This document shows positions 35,829-46,158 of a DNA stretch of 64,000 bases, in pieces (position 1 is the first letter of the stretch; every line of letters begins with the position of its first letter). The position numbers were made by a program, and so were the translations under genes. Under the pieces are notes generated by a model. It searched no databases. It saw only the letters and a program-made list of their open reading frames with translations, and had not been told where the DNA came from. Source of the stretch: a virus. The stretch spans positions 81,389 through 145,388 of IMG/VR virus record IMGVR_UViG_3300042555_002918; one strand, 5' to 3'.

Positions 35829-37736
35829 CTAAACCCCGACATCCACAATCTCGCAGGAGCCTCCAACACAGGCAAAGTCTCTATCCCCGCCAGTTGTAGT
35901 CTCTGCAGTCTCGTAGCTACGGAGCCCTGACCAATCAATCTCTGTTGGGACCTTGGCCAGGAAGTCTGCATACTGCTCCTGATTTATTGGCTGATATGGA
36001 GCTTGCTCATACACATGGTCATCAAACGGCAAGAAGCTTACTCCTGATATCTCGTCAAAGTTATTCCACACCCATGCCTGAACCTCCGGCCATTCGTACT
36101 CTTTCACCTGAATAGTGACGCTTGGCTTATGTTCGCACCAATAAATTTGATACGTCTTCCAGATCTCTAATTGCTGAATGGCATTAAGACTATCGGAGAC
36201 AATAGCATCCTTTGGGGATTCCATCGGAAATGAGAACACAAATACGCTATCTGGCCTCATCTTATCGTCCTCGACCGGAAATCCAGAATCTTTCATGAAC
36301 TGAGCCAATGGATCCTTCTTGTCGGCTCTGACCGTCCGAATGTAATAGTGTGAGAATCGAGTGTGGATGCCCGAAGACGCATTAACTAATTGAGAGACGG
36401 TACCCGACGGCTTTACGCATGTTACTGCCGTGGCCTGATTGATGCCTAGCTTACTCGACCACTCCTTATTAACTGCTACGGCATGGTCTTTAAGCTCTGC
36501 GAGGAGGCTAGGTAGCTTATCAGCATCCACTTGTCCGGACATCATAAGATTATCCATGATTCCGGTGAGGGACACACCAAGAAGGCGCTCCTCTTCGCAG
36601 TTCTGGGTCCATACCTTCCTGAGAAATTTGAAGTCGGTAAGGGTCGCTTGAAGGGTGCCAAGTATCGAGGCAATCCTAACCTTTCTGAGTAAAGACTGTT
36701 TAGTGTCATTTGCCCTTACTACAACCTCAGAGAGGTTACAAAATTGCCCGGGGCGCAATATGATCTCTGAGCAGGGGTTACATCCCCAGTCGTTCCGGGG
36801 CTCTCGTCTTCCACTTCTGGCTACCTGCTTTGCAGATGCAATCCGATTAAAGATCCCACGCTCGCCCGACTTTGAGTCATAGAGCGCGAGCCACTCCCTC
36901 ATGAATTGTCCAACATCAGGCTTTTCGTTGTATACTGCTGAATTATTGGCAAGGGAGCGGTATCCATGTGTCATCCAGAATTGCCCGCTCTTAGCATGTC
37001 TCATCAGATCATCCGATGGACTCGAAAGCGATATGAGTGCTGAGCGCCTAACTCCTCCAACAACCACAACATCCCCAATCTTACAGACGATGTCATGGAC
37101 TTCGAGAGAGTTCAATTTCCGCCCTGCCGCTCCCTTAAATTTCGCGATTGCAAACTCACAAAGTGACTTGAGAGGCTCTGGTCCCGATGCCCTTCCACCG
37201 AATGTCTTGAGGCGAGCTCCGGCTGGTCGAATCTTGGAGTAGTCAATCTTTGGCTCCAGTCCTAAGTACAATAGTGAGATGAGCTCTTTAAACCCCTTTG
37301 CCCACCCAATCTTCGAATCTGCAAACACGATCGTAGTGTCCGTTGGAAAGATATGTTCAGGAACTACAGGAAGCTTAGATACTGCTCCATGCTCTACGGA
37401 AAACCCAACTCCAGTTCCGCACAGAAGGATGTAAAGGACCTCAGACAATGCGACAGGATCATCGATGGAAACGTACGCACAGTTATAGGCACAGACGTTA
37501 CACCGCTTTGCTGCCGGTCCGGCCGTCATAAGCAACCGCATAGATGGCATAACCTCAAGGGTCTTTATGGCATTGGCAATCTCTACAGTTGTCTCATCGT
37601 CGCAATTCGGCCTAACTAGAAAATCAACGTAACGGTCAACCGTTTCTTCCCACGTTTCTCGTCTACCAAGGTCATCTCGAAAGCGAGCATATCTGGAGAG
37701 TGCAATGAATGTCTGATAATTTGTTGGGAGGGCCAT
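35829..37736 (-). CDS. nrdJ: class II (adenosylcobalamin-dependent) ribonucleotide reductase
   Basis: RRETWEE, MPSMR, YNC, GGVRRSALI, NPCSEI, CNLSEV, TCVKPSGT, EHKPS; C-terminal ACVGGSCE. Confidence 0.93.
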   Translation of the reverse strand: MALPTNYQTFIALSRYARFRDDLGRRETWEETVDRYVDFLVRPNCDDETTVEIANAIKTLEVMPSMRLLMTAGPAAKRCNVCAYNCAYVSIDDPVALSEVLYILLCGTGVGFSVEHGAVSKLPVVPEHIFPTDTTIVFADSKIGWAKGFKELISLLYLGLEPKIDYSKIRPAGARLKTFGGRASGPEPLKSLCEFAIAKFKGAAGRKLNSLEVHDIVCKIGDVVVVGGVRRSALISLSSPSDDLMRHAKSGQFWMTHGYRSLANNSAVYNEKPDVGQFMREWLALYDSKSGERGIFNRIASAKQVARSGRREPRNDWGCNPCSEIILRPGQFCNLSEVVVRANDTKQSLLRKVRIASILGTLQATLTDFKFLRKVWTQNCEEERLLGVSLTGIMDNLMMSGQVDADKLPSLLAELKDHAVAVNKEWSSKLGINQATAVTCVKPSGTVSQLVNASSGIHTRFSHYYIRTVRADKKDPLAQFMKDSGFPVEDDKMRPDSVFVFSFPMESPKDAIVSDSLNAIQQLEIWKTYQIYWCEHKPSVTIQVKEYEWPEVQAWVWNNFDEISGVSFLPFDDHVYEQAPYQPINQEQYADFLAKVPTEIDWSGLRSYETAETTTGGDRDFACVGGSCEIVDVGV

Positions 37737-37876
37737 ATAGGAAATAGATACTCTTCAAACGGATTGTATTTAGACTAGTTGCGGAGGATCGTTCCGCACT
37801 ACGAGAATAAAAAAGCAAACACACAACTATTGATTGTGTGTCTGCCTTTCCTGGAACTATTAGAGCAGAGGAAGCG

Positions 37877-38092
37877 CTATGCTGCGCTTGCTTCTCCGGA
37901 CGAAGTTGCTTCGTCCTCATCCTCGGCACTTGTGGGTGTACCACGAGTGTTAGACGGGGCCACTGAATCACCAGTACCGACCAGACGAGCCACTTCTCGC
38001 CCGTACTTTGTAATAATTACGTCACCCGATTGGGCTTGTGAGAGATAAGACTCAAGATTGCGTCGAAGCTCAGTGAGTGTCACTGTATTCAT
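37877..38092 (-). CDS. Phd/YefM-family antitoxin-like protein (orphan)
   Basis: MNTVTLTELRRNLESYL..A..GDVIITKYGREVARLV; acidic disordered tail. Confidence 0.85.
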   Translation of the reverse strand: MNTVTLTELRRNLESYLSQAQSGDVIITKYGREVARLVGTGDSVAPSNTRGTPTSAEDEDEATSSGEASAA

Positions 38093-38133
38093 AAGATCCT
38101 CTACAAAACGTTTATAACGGTTTCGATGCTGCA

Positions 38134-38168
38134 ATGTTCACATAGTAATGGGTGAGCCGAGCATTACC
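38134..38168 (-). promoter_or_regulatory. early/middle-type promoter motif (Phd-like gene)
   Basis: GGTAATGCTCGGC-N13-TGT-GAACAT. Confidence 0.7.
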
Positions 38169-38188
38169 TTTTGTTATTTCGTAGACTG

Positions 38189-38704
38189 TTAGAGGGTAGA
38201 TTTATTCTCGGTAAGTCCCTTAGAGCCTTGATAGTGGCTCTTGCGTCTCTCATCGCCGTATGGAATCTCAGCCGGGGCGTTCATGCCCTGAAATATAAAC
38301 TGCGCCACCCTTCTACCTAATCGCAACTCGTACGGGTCCACTCCCATGTTAATCAGGCAGAATGTAATCCGACCCTCAAAGCCTGGATCGATAAACAGTC
38401 CCATCGGTGATACAATCATTTGCCGAGCTAGAGAACTTTTGAGACGGACGGAAATTGCAACGTCCGATGGAGTCTTAATGGTTTCCGCCGTGACGACCAA
38501 GGCCCTTTCATTTGGCTGAAGAAATACTGACCCCAAGGAGGAGAGATCCCATTCCTGCCTCTTTCCCCGGTCAGTAGTCGGGTATATTACGACCTGCTCA
38601 CCAAGGGAAATATCGTAGCTTGCCGGGTTTACTGCGTCGGGATTAAATGGCTCAATTCCCCCCTCAGAGCCGAACTTGGTAATCCATGCATCATTTTTTA
38701 ACAT
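38189..38704 (-). CDS. dcd: dCTP deaminase
   Basis: NPASYDISLG, KSSLAR, IDPGFEG.IT, QFIF, YQG. Confidence 0.9.
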   Translation of the reverse strand: MLKNDAWITKFGSEGGIEPFNPDAVNPASYDISLGEQVVIYPTTDRGKRQEWDLSSLGSVFLQPNERALVVTAETIKTPSDVAISVRLKSSLARQMIVSPMGLFIDPGFEGRITFCLINMGVDPYELRLGRRVAQFIFQGMNAPAEIPYGDERRKSHYQGSKGLTENKSTL

Positions 38705-39081
38705 GCTGACCTCAACAAGTAGACCACCGCACCCCTGTCTAAAAGATCGATAATGGAAGTATCTGGGAGAGCAAACGCGTCATCGGAAAGCTTCCACTTT
38801 GCCTGATTCAAGGTTGGAAATATGTATGCCCCAATCGTCTCTGAATCGTACAAGTGCAGTCGATTCTTTTCCCAAGCCAGGAGCCTGTCATCTCGTTTCA
38901 GTTGCAGGTTATCTAATCCGGTCCGTGAAAGGAGAAAGAGGTTGGTACTATTAAGAATGTTATCACTCTCGCTCTCAACGCAGGCCAATACCTCCTTGCA
39001 AGTCTTCTCTAAGCCAATCCCTCGTGCTTGATAGTACCCATGGATGATGGTCGCGATTTTTTGCAATAAGTTGTCTGTCAT
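38698..39081 (-). CDS. hypothetical protein
   Basis: Tightly packed between gp41 and dcd. Confidence 0.6.
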   Translation of the reverse strand: MTDNLLQKIATIIHGYYQARGIGLEKTCKEVLACVESESDNILNSTNLFLLSRTGLDNLQLKRDDRLLAWEKNRLHLYDSETIGAYIFPTLNQAKWKLSDDAFALPDTSIIDLLDRGAVVYLLRSAC

Positions 39082-39083
39082 GG

Positions 39084-40484
39084 CTAAAAATCAAAATCAG
39101 AAAATGTTTTAGGAGTCTTTTCCCCTCGCATACCCTGTCCAAATCGTGACTTATCAAAGGTTGATGCATCTTCATTGACCTTTCTAGGCGACTCCAAATC
39201 GTTTGCCTCGGATTGAACCACGTCGTATACGCGCATTTTCTGTTTATCAATTCCGACTATGAACTTATTGTAGAAGTTAATGTCCCCATATCGACTCTTA
39301 AGCTGCTTCACACGCACATGTTGAGCACGTTGGAGGTTTTCGTCTGCACTGAGCCCCAGGAAAATGTCTGCTGTAAATGGCAATCCCATGGACTCTGAGG
39401 TATTTTCAAGTCCTATATCATCACCCTTGTACCCTTCTCGATTCACCTGCGTACCGGTCCACACGCACGCGTTATACTCAACAGCTAATCCTCTACATTC
39501 TTCAGCAACAGCCTTTACGACCTCGTAACTTTTTCCCTGGCGCACCCGGGATGAGTTCATTAGGTTAAGATAGTCGATACAGATGATGTCAGGCTTGAAA
39601 TTGTCCTTAAGAGCCAGGTCTTCAATAATCCGACGAAAGTGGTTGACGGAGACTGTAGCTGGAGGGAACTCGTGAATTTTCAGCCGTCCCTTTATCTTGT
39701 CTTGGAGAAAGCGAATCTTTGCAAAGTACATGCTCTCATCAAGATTAACGAAGTTCTGAATTGGAATATCCAAAAGGTTTGAGTCAATTCTCTGTCGAAT
39801 CTTGTGTTCGGAAAGCTCAAGAGTAAGGTAGAGCACATTATACCCATACTGAAGGTACTTCGCGGCAAAGTGACACATGAAAAGGCTCTTTCCGACACCA
39901 GTACCCGCAAGCATCACATTAAGGGTTTTTCGCTCTACTCCCCCCGATGTGATCTTATTGAACATCTCCAAATCAAAGGGGAGCTTATCCACTTTTTCTT
40001 TGTACCAGCTGAACTGCTTCTGCGCGTCTCTAAAAAAGTCGTGAGAGCTGGACGGCTCAAATGAAATAGCTAGCGAATCCTGTATCAGCCGTGGAATGTC
40101 ATACATGGAGACCTTGGCGTCCCCTTCAAGAACATCCAATGCCTTGGACACTGAAATTTCGAAATCTGAGGTACGACAGAACTCCTCGGTTTGATTGATA
40201 AGCCACTCACTCTCAATCTCCATCTCCCGGAGAGATGCCATGTACTCATTAAGCTCATCTATATTCTCCTGAGATGGAAGGTTCTTGGAAACGCTAATGA
40301 CAAGCGCAGCCTCAGACGGTAGAGCTTTGTATTCGGAGAAGAATCTCAAAGCCTCTTTTACAAGCTCCTTTTCCAAAAGGCTCTTGAAGTACTCCGGCTT
40401 TAGGTACGGAACAACCTTCACTACAAAGGCCTCATCCGTGATAAAGCCTTTTATTATTGCCTTTTGGATCGTCGGGTAAGTCAT
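39084..40484 (-). CDS. gp41: replicative DNA helicase
   Basis: FNKIT.GG, AGTGVGKS, TLELSE, IDYLN, QVNR, SES.GLP.TAD, KQLKSRY. Confidence 0.96.
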   Translation of the reverse strand: MTYPTIQKAIIKGFITDEAFVVKVVPYLKPEYFKSLLEKELVKEALRFFSEYKALPSEAALVISVSKNLPSQENIDELNEYMASLREMEIESEWLINQTEEFCRTSDFEISVSKALDVLEGDAKVSMYDIPRLIQDSLAISFEPSSSHDFFRDAQKQFSWYKEKVDKLPFDLEMFNKITSGGVERKTLNVMLAGTGVGKSLFMCHFAAKYLQYGYNVLYLTLELSEHKIRQRIDSNLLDIPIQNFVNLDESMYFAKIRFLQDKIKGRLKIHEFPPATVSVNHFRRIIEDLALKDNFKPDIICIDYLNLMNSSRVRQGKSYEVVKAVAEECRGLAVEYNACVWTGTQVNREGYKGDDIGLENTSESMGLPFTADIFLGLSADENLQRAQHVRVKQLKSRYGDINFYNKFIVGIDKQKMRVYDVVQSEANDLESPRKVNEDASTFDKSRFGQGMRGEKTPKTFSDFDF

Positions 40485-40485
40485 T

Positions 40486-40776
40486 TTAGTACCAATGTAC
40501 GATTATTCGAGGTTTCTTACTGTCGGTTCTAAAATCGGTCACCAAGAAGCCCCGAGACTGCAAGAACATGGCTAATGGACACGCCTCTTCCCTGGATATG
40601 GTTTGCCCAATATCAATGATCGCAGAGGTTTCTCCTTTGCGAGCAGCTTCCATAATAAGACTATCCAGATTCAATTTGCCGAATAGTTTTGAGCCCAGTT
40701 CAATTACTACAGCTCGTACGCTATCGACTTCAATCTCGGGGGAATCCGTCCTATTCCTCTTCGCTTTCATGTCCAA
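40486..40776 (-). CDS. hypothetical protein
   Basis: Fills the gap between uvsX and gp41. Confidence 0.55.
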   Translation of the reverse strand: MDMKAKRNRTDSPEIEVDSVRAVVIELGSKLFGKLNLDSLIMEAARKGETSAIIDIGQTISREEACPLAMFLQSRGFLVTDFRTDSKKPRIIVHWY

Positions 40777-41818
40777 TGATCTCCTCTAACGTTTCGTTAT
40801 CGTTATCAGCAAAGCAAAACCTTTGCTTTGCGAACTCCTCGATCTTATTGAGCACGTCCTCCGTGTAGTACTTGTCGGGATGTGCCAATAGTTCTTTTTC
40901 GAAGATCTTCGAGCCATCTGGCATCACTAGCCGAGTGCCATCTTTTTTGATTACGCCTGACTCAACCGCAAGGTCTTGAAGCCCAAAATACCGGTCCAGT
41001 CCCCTGGTGTATGATAGGTACGCCCGAAGCTCGCTGTACTGCTTCACGTTCCACCCCTTAGCCACTTTGATGTGAAGGATGTTTCCCTGCACTACCTTGT
41101 CCGAGTCTGCATCCTTTCTCTTGGCGAGTAGAAGAATGATGTCAGCTGCGTATTTGAACCCTCCTCCGCCAGCTACCTCAGTGGTAGGAAACATTCCAGT
41201 TGTCTGGTACGTGTGATTAGTACAGAACATGGGAACTTTGGCTTTAGATAATGGCTGCCGTAATACTCGGAACGCCGACCGCCAGGCCTTTGCTCTTAGT
41301 CCCTGGTCACCTACCTCCTTATCGGCAGCGGCATCGGCTGTCTCCTTAACCGAAGGCAGCTGAGTGAGGGAATCAGCAACCATCAAAAGAGGAAACCTAT
41401 CCTTCTCCTCTCTCTCCCGATAATTTACCAGAATCTGATGATTGACGTTTCGAAACTGCTCAATTGACTCCGGATAGAGCATGAGCACACGAGATACATC
41501 TACCCCGCGCTTTTCGAGCATGTCTTTATCAATGCGCCCTTCGGTGTCATTGTAGATAACTCTTCCCTTGGGATTCTCAGCGAGGAAATTGCGCACGATT
41601 TGAATAATTAGATAGCTTTTACCAACTGCCTCCAAAGCTGCGAATCCAACTACCTTGTTGGTTGGTGCTCCTCCAAACAAGGAGCCGGAAAGAGCAAGGT
41701 TCAAAGTGTAGCAACCGGTATCGATGAACGTGGTGTTGTCAGCAATCGTTCCATCCTCGGCAACCTTTACAATGTCATCTCCGACAAGCTTTGCGATATC
41801 TTTAAAAAAGTCAGCCAT
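40751..41818 (-). CDS. uvsX: RecA-like recombinase
   Basis: IDTG..LN.ALSGS.FGG.P, GKS, DTE, DSL, TNHTY, GG.G..YAA. Confidence 0.95.
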   Translation of the reverse strand: MADFFKDIAKLVGDDIVKVAEDGTIADNTTFIDTGCYTLNLALSGSLFGGAPTNKVVGFAALEAVGKSYLIIQIVRNFLAENPKGRVIYNDTEGRIDKDMLEKRGVDVSRVLMLYPESIEQFRNVNHQILVNYREREEKDRFPLLMVADSLTQLPSVKETADAAADKEVGDQGLRAKAWRSAFRVLRQPLSKAKVPMFCTNHTYQTTGMFPTTEVAGGGGFKYAADIILLLAKRKDADSDKVVQGNILHIKVAKGWNVKQYSELRAYLSYTRGLDRYFGLQDLAVESGVIKKDGTRLVMPDGSKIFEKELLAHPDKYYTEDVLNKIEEFAKQRFCFADNDNETLEEIIGHESEEE

Positions 41819-41830
41819 TTGTCGAACTCC

Positions 41831-42247
41831 TTAGTTTTTTCTTTCCTTCCAAAATCTCTGAAGGTGCATGAACACCCATTGGTCGAAGTGACTCATTTCT
41901 CCGCTCACTTGAAGCTCAATATAATTACTTCCAACCTCAACGATGGGCTTGCCTTCAATCATGAACTTTATTGGGCTCTTTCCTCTTTCAAACTGCGCAC
42001 CATGAACAAACGATGAGATTGATTCATAAATCATCTCGGCAAACTCTTTGCTGGTTTTCTCAGGAAACCGGTCCCTTTCAGTGTGTAAACCGGTGGCAGT
42101 CACTGTGGCTATCTTACCGTGAGTGCCATGCTCAAAATTGATTGTATGATCAACAACCGACTTCATATCAGACGTGGAATCCAACGATTTATCTTGGCTG
42201 TTTACTGGTGGGATGTAGCTGTGAAACATGCGTTCCTTAGTCGTCAA
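41831..42247 (-). CDS. hypothetical protein
   Basis: Between gp43 and uvsX; overlaps gp43 stop. Confidence 0.55.
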   Translation of the reverse strand: MTTKERMFHSYIPPVNSQDKSLDSTSDMKSVVDHTINFEHGTHGKIATVTATGLHTERDRFPEKTSKEFAEMIYESISSFVHGAQFERGKSPIKFMIEGKPIVEVGSNYIELQVSGEMSHFDQWVFMHLQRFWKERKN

Positions 42248-44804
42248 AAATGCCCATAACGCTCTTGGGTGCCCCTACTTCGCTCCATCCGGTTGCACGA
42301 AGAAGGATATTTAGCGGTCCAACAAAAACCTTATTGAACTGCCCCTCATAGTCGATCCACTCTCTCAACTGTAGCTCCTTTGGAACTTTGTCCAACATTC
42401 CCATTACATGGCTGCGAAATGGATTTTGCTCCTTTAAATAAAAGAATCTCATACGGTCTCCGGACTTTATCGTGTCGTACTTTCGGTTGAGCTTCTTTTC
42501 GGATAGGAATCGGTTGTATGTAAATGCCGCCGCAACCTGGATGGGCGCTCCGCGCTCTAGGCCCTTTCTGCCCCCGACTTCGACGGTATCTTCAAAGGTG
42601 ATGCAGTTTTTACTGCTCAGGAGAGCCGTATACTTGTCTATGTCGCTTACGTTTATCGGGTAGCTGATGGTTTCTAGGGGAAGGGTTTCAAACTTTTTGC
42701 GATAGTCCGAAACGAGCCCCTGCAGATCGCTACTTTTCCCCTTGAGAATCACTTCAGTTGCATTATTAAGCCACTCTTTAAAGACCTTGGATGTCGTACT
42801 CTTGATCATCTCAAGCCCCGTTGCCTTTCGCTTAGGCTTTGGATACCTAGTCCCCTCCTTGTCCCAAACCTCCATGAGGTACTTTTTCTTGGATACAAAG
42901 ATTGTATCTTCCGCTATCACGTCCCGAACCATATCAAGCTGCTCAGTAAACGTGTTGTATCGATCTCTATGAATAGATAGCCCCTCACGGATCCAGACGT
43001 ATATCTCTTGGCAAAATTCCTTGTCGATTCGCTCGACTATTTCAGCTGATGTTAATCCTTTGGGTAAGGAGTCTACGTACGACTTGGCTGATATGTAGAG
43101 GGAGTCGGTGTCCCCGTAGAGAATCGGATCCCCGGCACTTTGATACTTTTCCTGGATGCGCTTTGTTATTGTGTCCTTGACGGTAAGAAGAACAGCTCGA
43201 CCTGACAGTGTGACGCTTCGAGCTAACTCAGTATCATAGAATCGAAAATACTTACTGCCTAGCGAACCGTACGCCGCATTAAGCTGAATCTTTTTGGCAC
43301 TTTGAAAGTTATTATACTTCGTTGCCTCGGCGTCGTACTTTATTCGCTCTTCTGGGGTAGTTGCTTCAATTGCCTTCCTCTGCGCTTCTTTCATTTTGGC
43401 TTTATAAGCCATGCGATCGTCGAACAGCCGTTTCATAATGTCCCCGAGGAACCCGGCTTTGTCCCTTCTAAAAAGCCATCCAGCCCCAGAGCACGTTGCG
43501 TCGAGTTCCTTTAACATGGACAGGTCTTGGGCACGCGAGACCATTCCCTCTTCGTCGAATTTTACCTTTCCCTCCAGAACGGTATCAATATGACGGGAAA
43601 TGGTATCCGGAGATATGTTGTGTTCCCGTATTAGGGATGGATACAGAGAGGCAAAGTCAAAGTTTACTACCCACTTGTGCTTACCAACTTGAGCCGGGAG
43701 AACGAAGGCTCCCTCATACTTGTCGTTTTTGTCATGCTCAATGAGTGGAGGGACCGCTACCTTTCGCTTCTTAAGCTCATTAAAGGCTATGGTATCCCAC
43801 ATTCTGACTTGCTGTTGGACGTCAGCAAAATTACACAAGGAATCATATGCGGTAGTAATGACCACATCCGCAAGTTTTAGCTTAGCGTCGAGTTTTTCAA
43901 CGAGAGCAACGTCCTGGACGTTATACTCAATAAACTTGTCATAATCTTTTGTATAGAGGTCATGAAGAGTTCCGTCATAATCGACCTTAGTCTCTCCTAG
44001 CTCAAGCTCAGCAACAAACTTAAGAGCATCGCTTTCCGCCTTTGGCATGTAGCGACGGTATAGGTCGATGTAGTCTAACGAAACAATCCCTACGATGTCA
44101 TAGGTAGCGATTTGTCTGCCTCTGAAGTTTGCCCGTGTATCCCGAATAATCCCCCAAGGAGACAATGCCTTGGCCGCTCCCTTGCCAACAACGCGATTGA
44201 TTCGATTGATGATGTAGGGAATATCGTACTGATCCGTATTCCAACCAAACAGAATGTCGAAGTCTATGTCATCCCACCATTTCATGAACGCAACAAGCAT
44301 CTCTCGCTCGTCTCGGAACTGCTTATACCTCACATCTGGTCGAGTTGGCCTATAGGGCTTCAGGCCAAATACATAGAACTTGTCGCGATATTTGACAGTT
44401 ATGCTGATGATTGGTGCATAGGGATCTGAAGGAGGCGAAAACCCATTGGAGCTGTCAACCTCGATATCTAAGGTTACCTTGCGGATAAGGTTCATATCGA
44501 AGTCGATTCCGTCCCCGAACTTGTCGGATAGGTAGGTAAAGTGCCACCGGGTATTTCCAAAAAGATACTGATGCTGCACTGCCTCATTAGAAGACATGAA
44601 TTTTCGCGCCTCTTCTATTGAATCAAATGTGAGCTTCTTTACCGGCCGATTTCTGATGGTTCTGTAGGGCGTCTCTTCATTAGTAGGGACAAATAGACTG
44701 GGGCTATAGTCCGTAATTTGCTTCGATACGCGCTTATTATTTTCGTATCCCCTGTAGTAGATACCCTTTATGTTCCCGTAAACGTGCGTGTAGAAGCTGG
44801 CCAT
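42237..44804 (-). CDS. gp43: family B DNA polymerase
   Basis: ExoI DIEV, DFASLYPS, KKIQLNAAYG, YGDTDS, KKKY. Confidence 0.98.
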   Translation of the reverse strand: MASFYTHVYGNIKGIYYRGYENNKRVSKQITDYSPSLFVPTNEETPYRTIRNRPVKKLTFDSIEEARKFMSSNEAVQHQYLFGNTRWHFTYLSDKFGDGIDFDMNLIRKVTLDIEVDSSNGFSPPSDPYAPIISITVKYRDKFYVFGLKPYRPTRPDVRYKQFRDEREMLVAFMKWWDDIDFDILFGWNTDQYDIPYIINRINRVVGKGAAKALSPWGIIRDTRANFRGRQIATYDIVGIVSLDYIDLYRRYMPKAESDALKFVAELELGETKVDYDGTLHDLYTKDYDKFIEYNVQDVALVEKLDAKLKLADVVITTAYDSLCNFADVQQQVRMWDTIAFNELKKRKVAVPPLIEHDKNDKYEGAFVLPAQVGKHKWVVNFDFASLYPSLIREHNISPDTISRHIDTVLEGKVKFDEEGMVSRAQDLSMLKELDATCSGAGWLFRRDKAGFLGDIMKRLFDDRMAYKAKMKEAQRKAIEATTPEERIKYDAEATKYNNFQSAKKIQLNAAYGSLGSKYFRFYDTELARSVTLSGRAVLLTVKDTITKRIQEKYQSAGDPILYGDTDSLYISAKSYVDSLPKGLTSAEIVERIDKEFCQEIYVWIREGLSIHRDRYNTFTEQLDMVRDVIAEDTIFVSKKKYLMEVWDKEGTRYPKPKRKATGLEMIKSTTSKVFKEWLNNATEVILKGKSSDLQGLVSDYRKKFETLPLETISYPINVSDIDKYTALLSSKNCITFEDTVEVGGRKGLERGAPIQVAAAFTYNRFLSEKKLNRKYDTIKSGDRMRFFYLKEQNPFRSHVMGMLDKVPKELQLREWIDYEGQFNKVFVGPLNILLRATGWSEVGAPKSVMGIFDD

Positions 44805-44830
44805 AGGTTTTCCTTGAAGTGAATGAACCT

Positions 44831-44865
44831 AGGGTAGAGAACTTGAGGGTTTGCCGAGCATTACC
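44831..44865 (-). promoter_or_regulatory. early/middle-type promoter motif (gp43)
   Basis: GGTAATGCTCGGC-N16-TACCCT. Confidence 0.78.
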
Positions 44866-44878
44866 CTTGGGGATATTT

Positions 44879-45352
44879 CTATGATTTAGGAAGTTCTCTG
44901 ATGCCTTGACGAAAAAGCTTTTCTTCGGCGGCTCTTCGCTTAGTCAATCCTGGCTGTTCTTTCCCATTGTCGAACCTCCAGCGGGAGAACTGCTCGGCGG
45001 CTGCATTGAAATTCGACATGTTAATCAGTTTCAGGAGGGTCGATTTGGAGAAGTTTCCCGCCCCCAGATTGTAAACAAAGCTGACGAGGGCATCGAACAT
45101 GGATTGAGAAATCTTGACCTTTACGAGGCGCTTAATTGCCTGAACGCTGGACTCTACGTCATGGGCAAGCCATACGTTGGCCTCTTCCTCAGTGCAGATG
45201 TCACCCATTTGCACTTTTTTACCGTTTGGATATGCCGTTGTTCCCCACCCAATAGTCGGAACTCCCCCGGTATCCAGATACGCTTTCAACCGACACTTGT
45301 TGCTGGCCTCAAAAAGGCGAATGATATCAAATGCTTTAGTTGATGGTTCCAT
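44879..45352 (-). CDS. lysozyme/endolysin (GH24)
   Basis: FE...L.AY.D.GG.PTIGWG.T, FDALVSF.YNLG, GL..RR..E. Confidence 0.95.
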   Translation of the reverse strand: MEPSTKAFDIIRLFEASNKCRLKAYLDTGGVPTIGWGTTAYPNGKKVQMGDICTEEEANVWLAHDVESSVQAIKRLVKVKISQSMFDALVSFVYNLGAGNFSKSTLLKLINMSNFNAAAEQFSRWRFDNGKEQPGLTKRRAAEEKLFRQGIRELPKS

Positions 45353-45773
45353 TGACGGGCTTAATCCTAACAGTCTTCTTGAACCTGTATTTAGGGCGCA
45401 AGGACCATTGGCTAAGCTCAGGGTACGGCACTATGAAAACGGTCTTGGATGCTCGATTGCTGTAGGGAAGTATCGACAGGTCAACTTCAATAAGACCCTT
45501 TTCGGCAAGGATGGAAATGATTTTGTTTCGGCGCTCTCTGTCGAGCTTAGTCATGCAATCCGGTCGGCCGTCTATCCAAAAGAGCTCTTTGAAATGGCAG
45601 ATGTAGAACTCGTTACCATGGCGGAAGATATGGCATGTCTGAAACAGGTTTTTGGTGCCCGATGGATTTATCCCAACCCTACGAAGGAAGTTCTTAATAG
45701 TGGTAAAGCTCTCACGCTCTTTAAGCTTTACCCTTACTAGCTGATTTATCCTCTCTTCCTTTAGTGCCACCAT
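45336..45773 (-). CDS. regA: translational repressor RegA
   Basis: LFQTCHI...G..YI.HFKELF..DG, RRN.I..L, W.L.PKY. Confidence 0.9.
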   Translation of the reverse strand: MVALKEERINQLVRVKLKERESFTTIKNFLRRVGINPSGTKNLFQTCHIFRHGNEFYICHFKELFWIDGRPDCMTKLDRERRNKIISILAEKGLIEVDLSILPYSNRASKTVFIVPYPELSQWSLRPKYRFKKTVRIKPVNGTIN

Positions 45774-46158
45774 AAGCCAACCTGAGTTCTTCAAGGTCCT
45801 CAGCAGTACACAGAGCTAGGTACTCCCTCGCAACTTCGATAGAGCACTGATAGTATTTAGCAATAAGGTCGATGTCCTCGAATGACTCACTCGCATTTTT
45901 AGAGGAAACCCACCGCTCAAATGGTCTCCGATACTTCGAGACTTGATTGAAAAGGAACGCGTAATGTTGGTCGGGCGAGACCTGATACTCATTCAGCATC
46001 TGGCAAATAAAGATATTATCTCGGTGGTGGGCGACCGCCCGGTTAACGATGTAGTTGATATACCCATCCGACATCTCCAAAGGCTTGTTGGAGCTAAGAA
46101 TGGACTTCGAGTAATCGAAAGGTGACGGCCCCTTAGGTTTGTCCTCCCGCTCTATCAT
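45721..46158 (-). CDS. gp62: clamp loader small subunit
   Basis: SPFDY, Y..YIVNR, Y.FL, YY..S...A.EYL, GG. Confidence 0.88.
   Translation of the reverse strand: MIEREDKPKGPSPFDYSKSILSSNKPLEMSDGYINYIVNRAVAHHRDNIFICQMLNEYQVSPDQHYAFLFNQVSKYRRPFERWVSSKNASESFEDIDLIAKYYQCSIEVAREYLALCTAEDLEELRLAYGGTKGREDKSASKGKA

Noticed and set aside
42237-44804. Intein or intron in gp43, gp41, nrdJ or gp20
   Set aside because: The ORFs are continuous, of ordinary length and show no splicing motifs.
45177-45740. 187-aa plus-strand ORF
   Set aside because: Lies wholly antisense to regA and the lysozyme gene.
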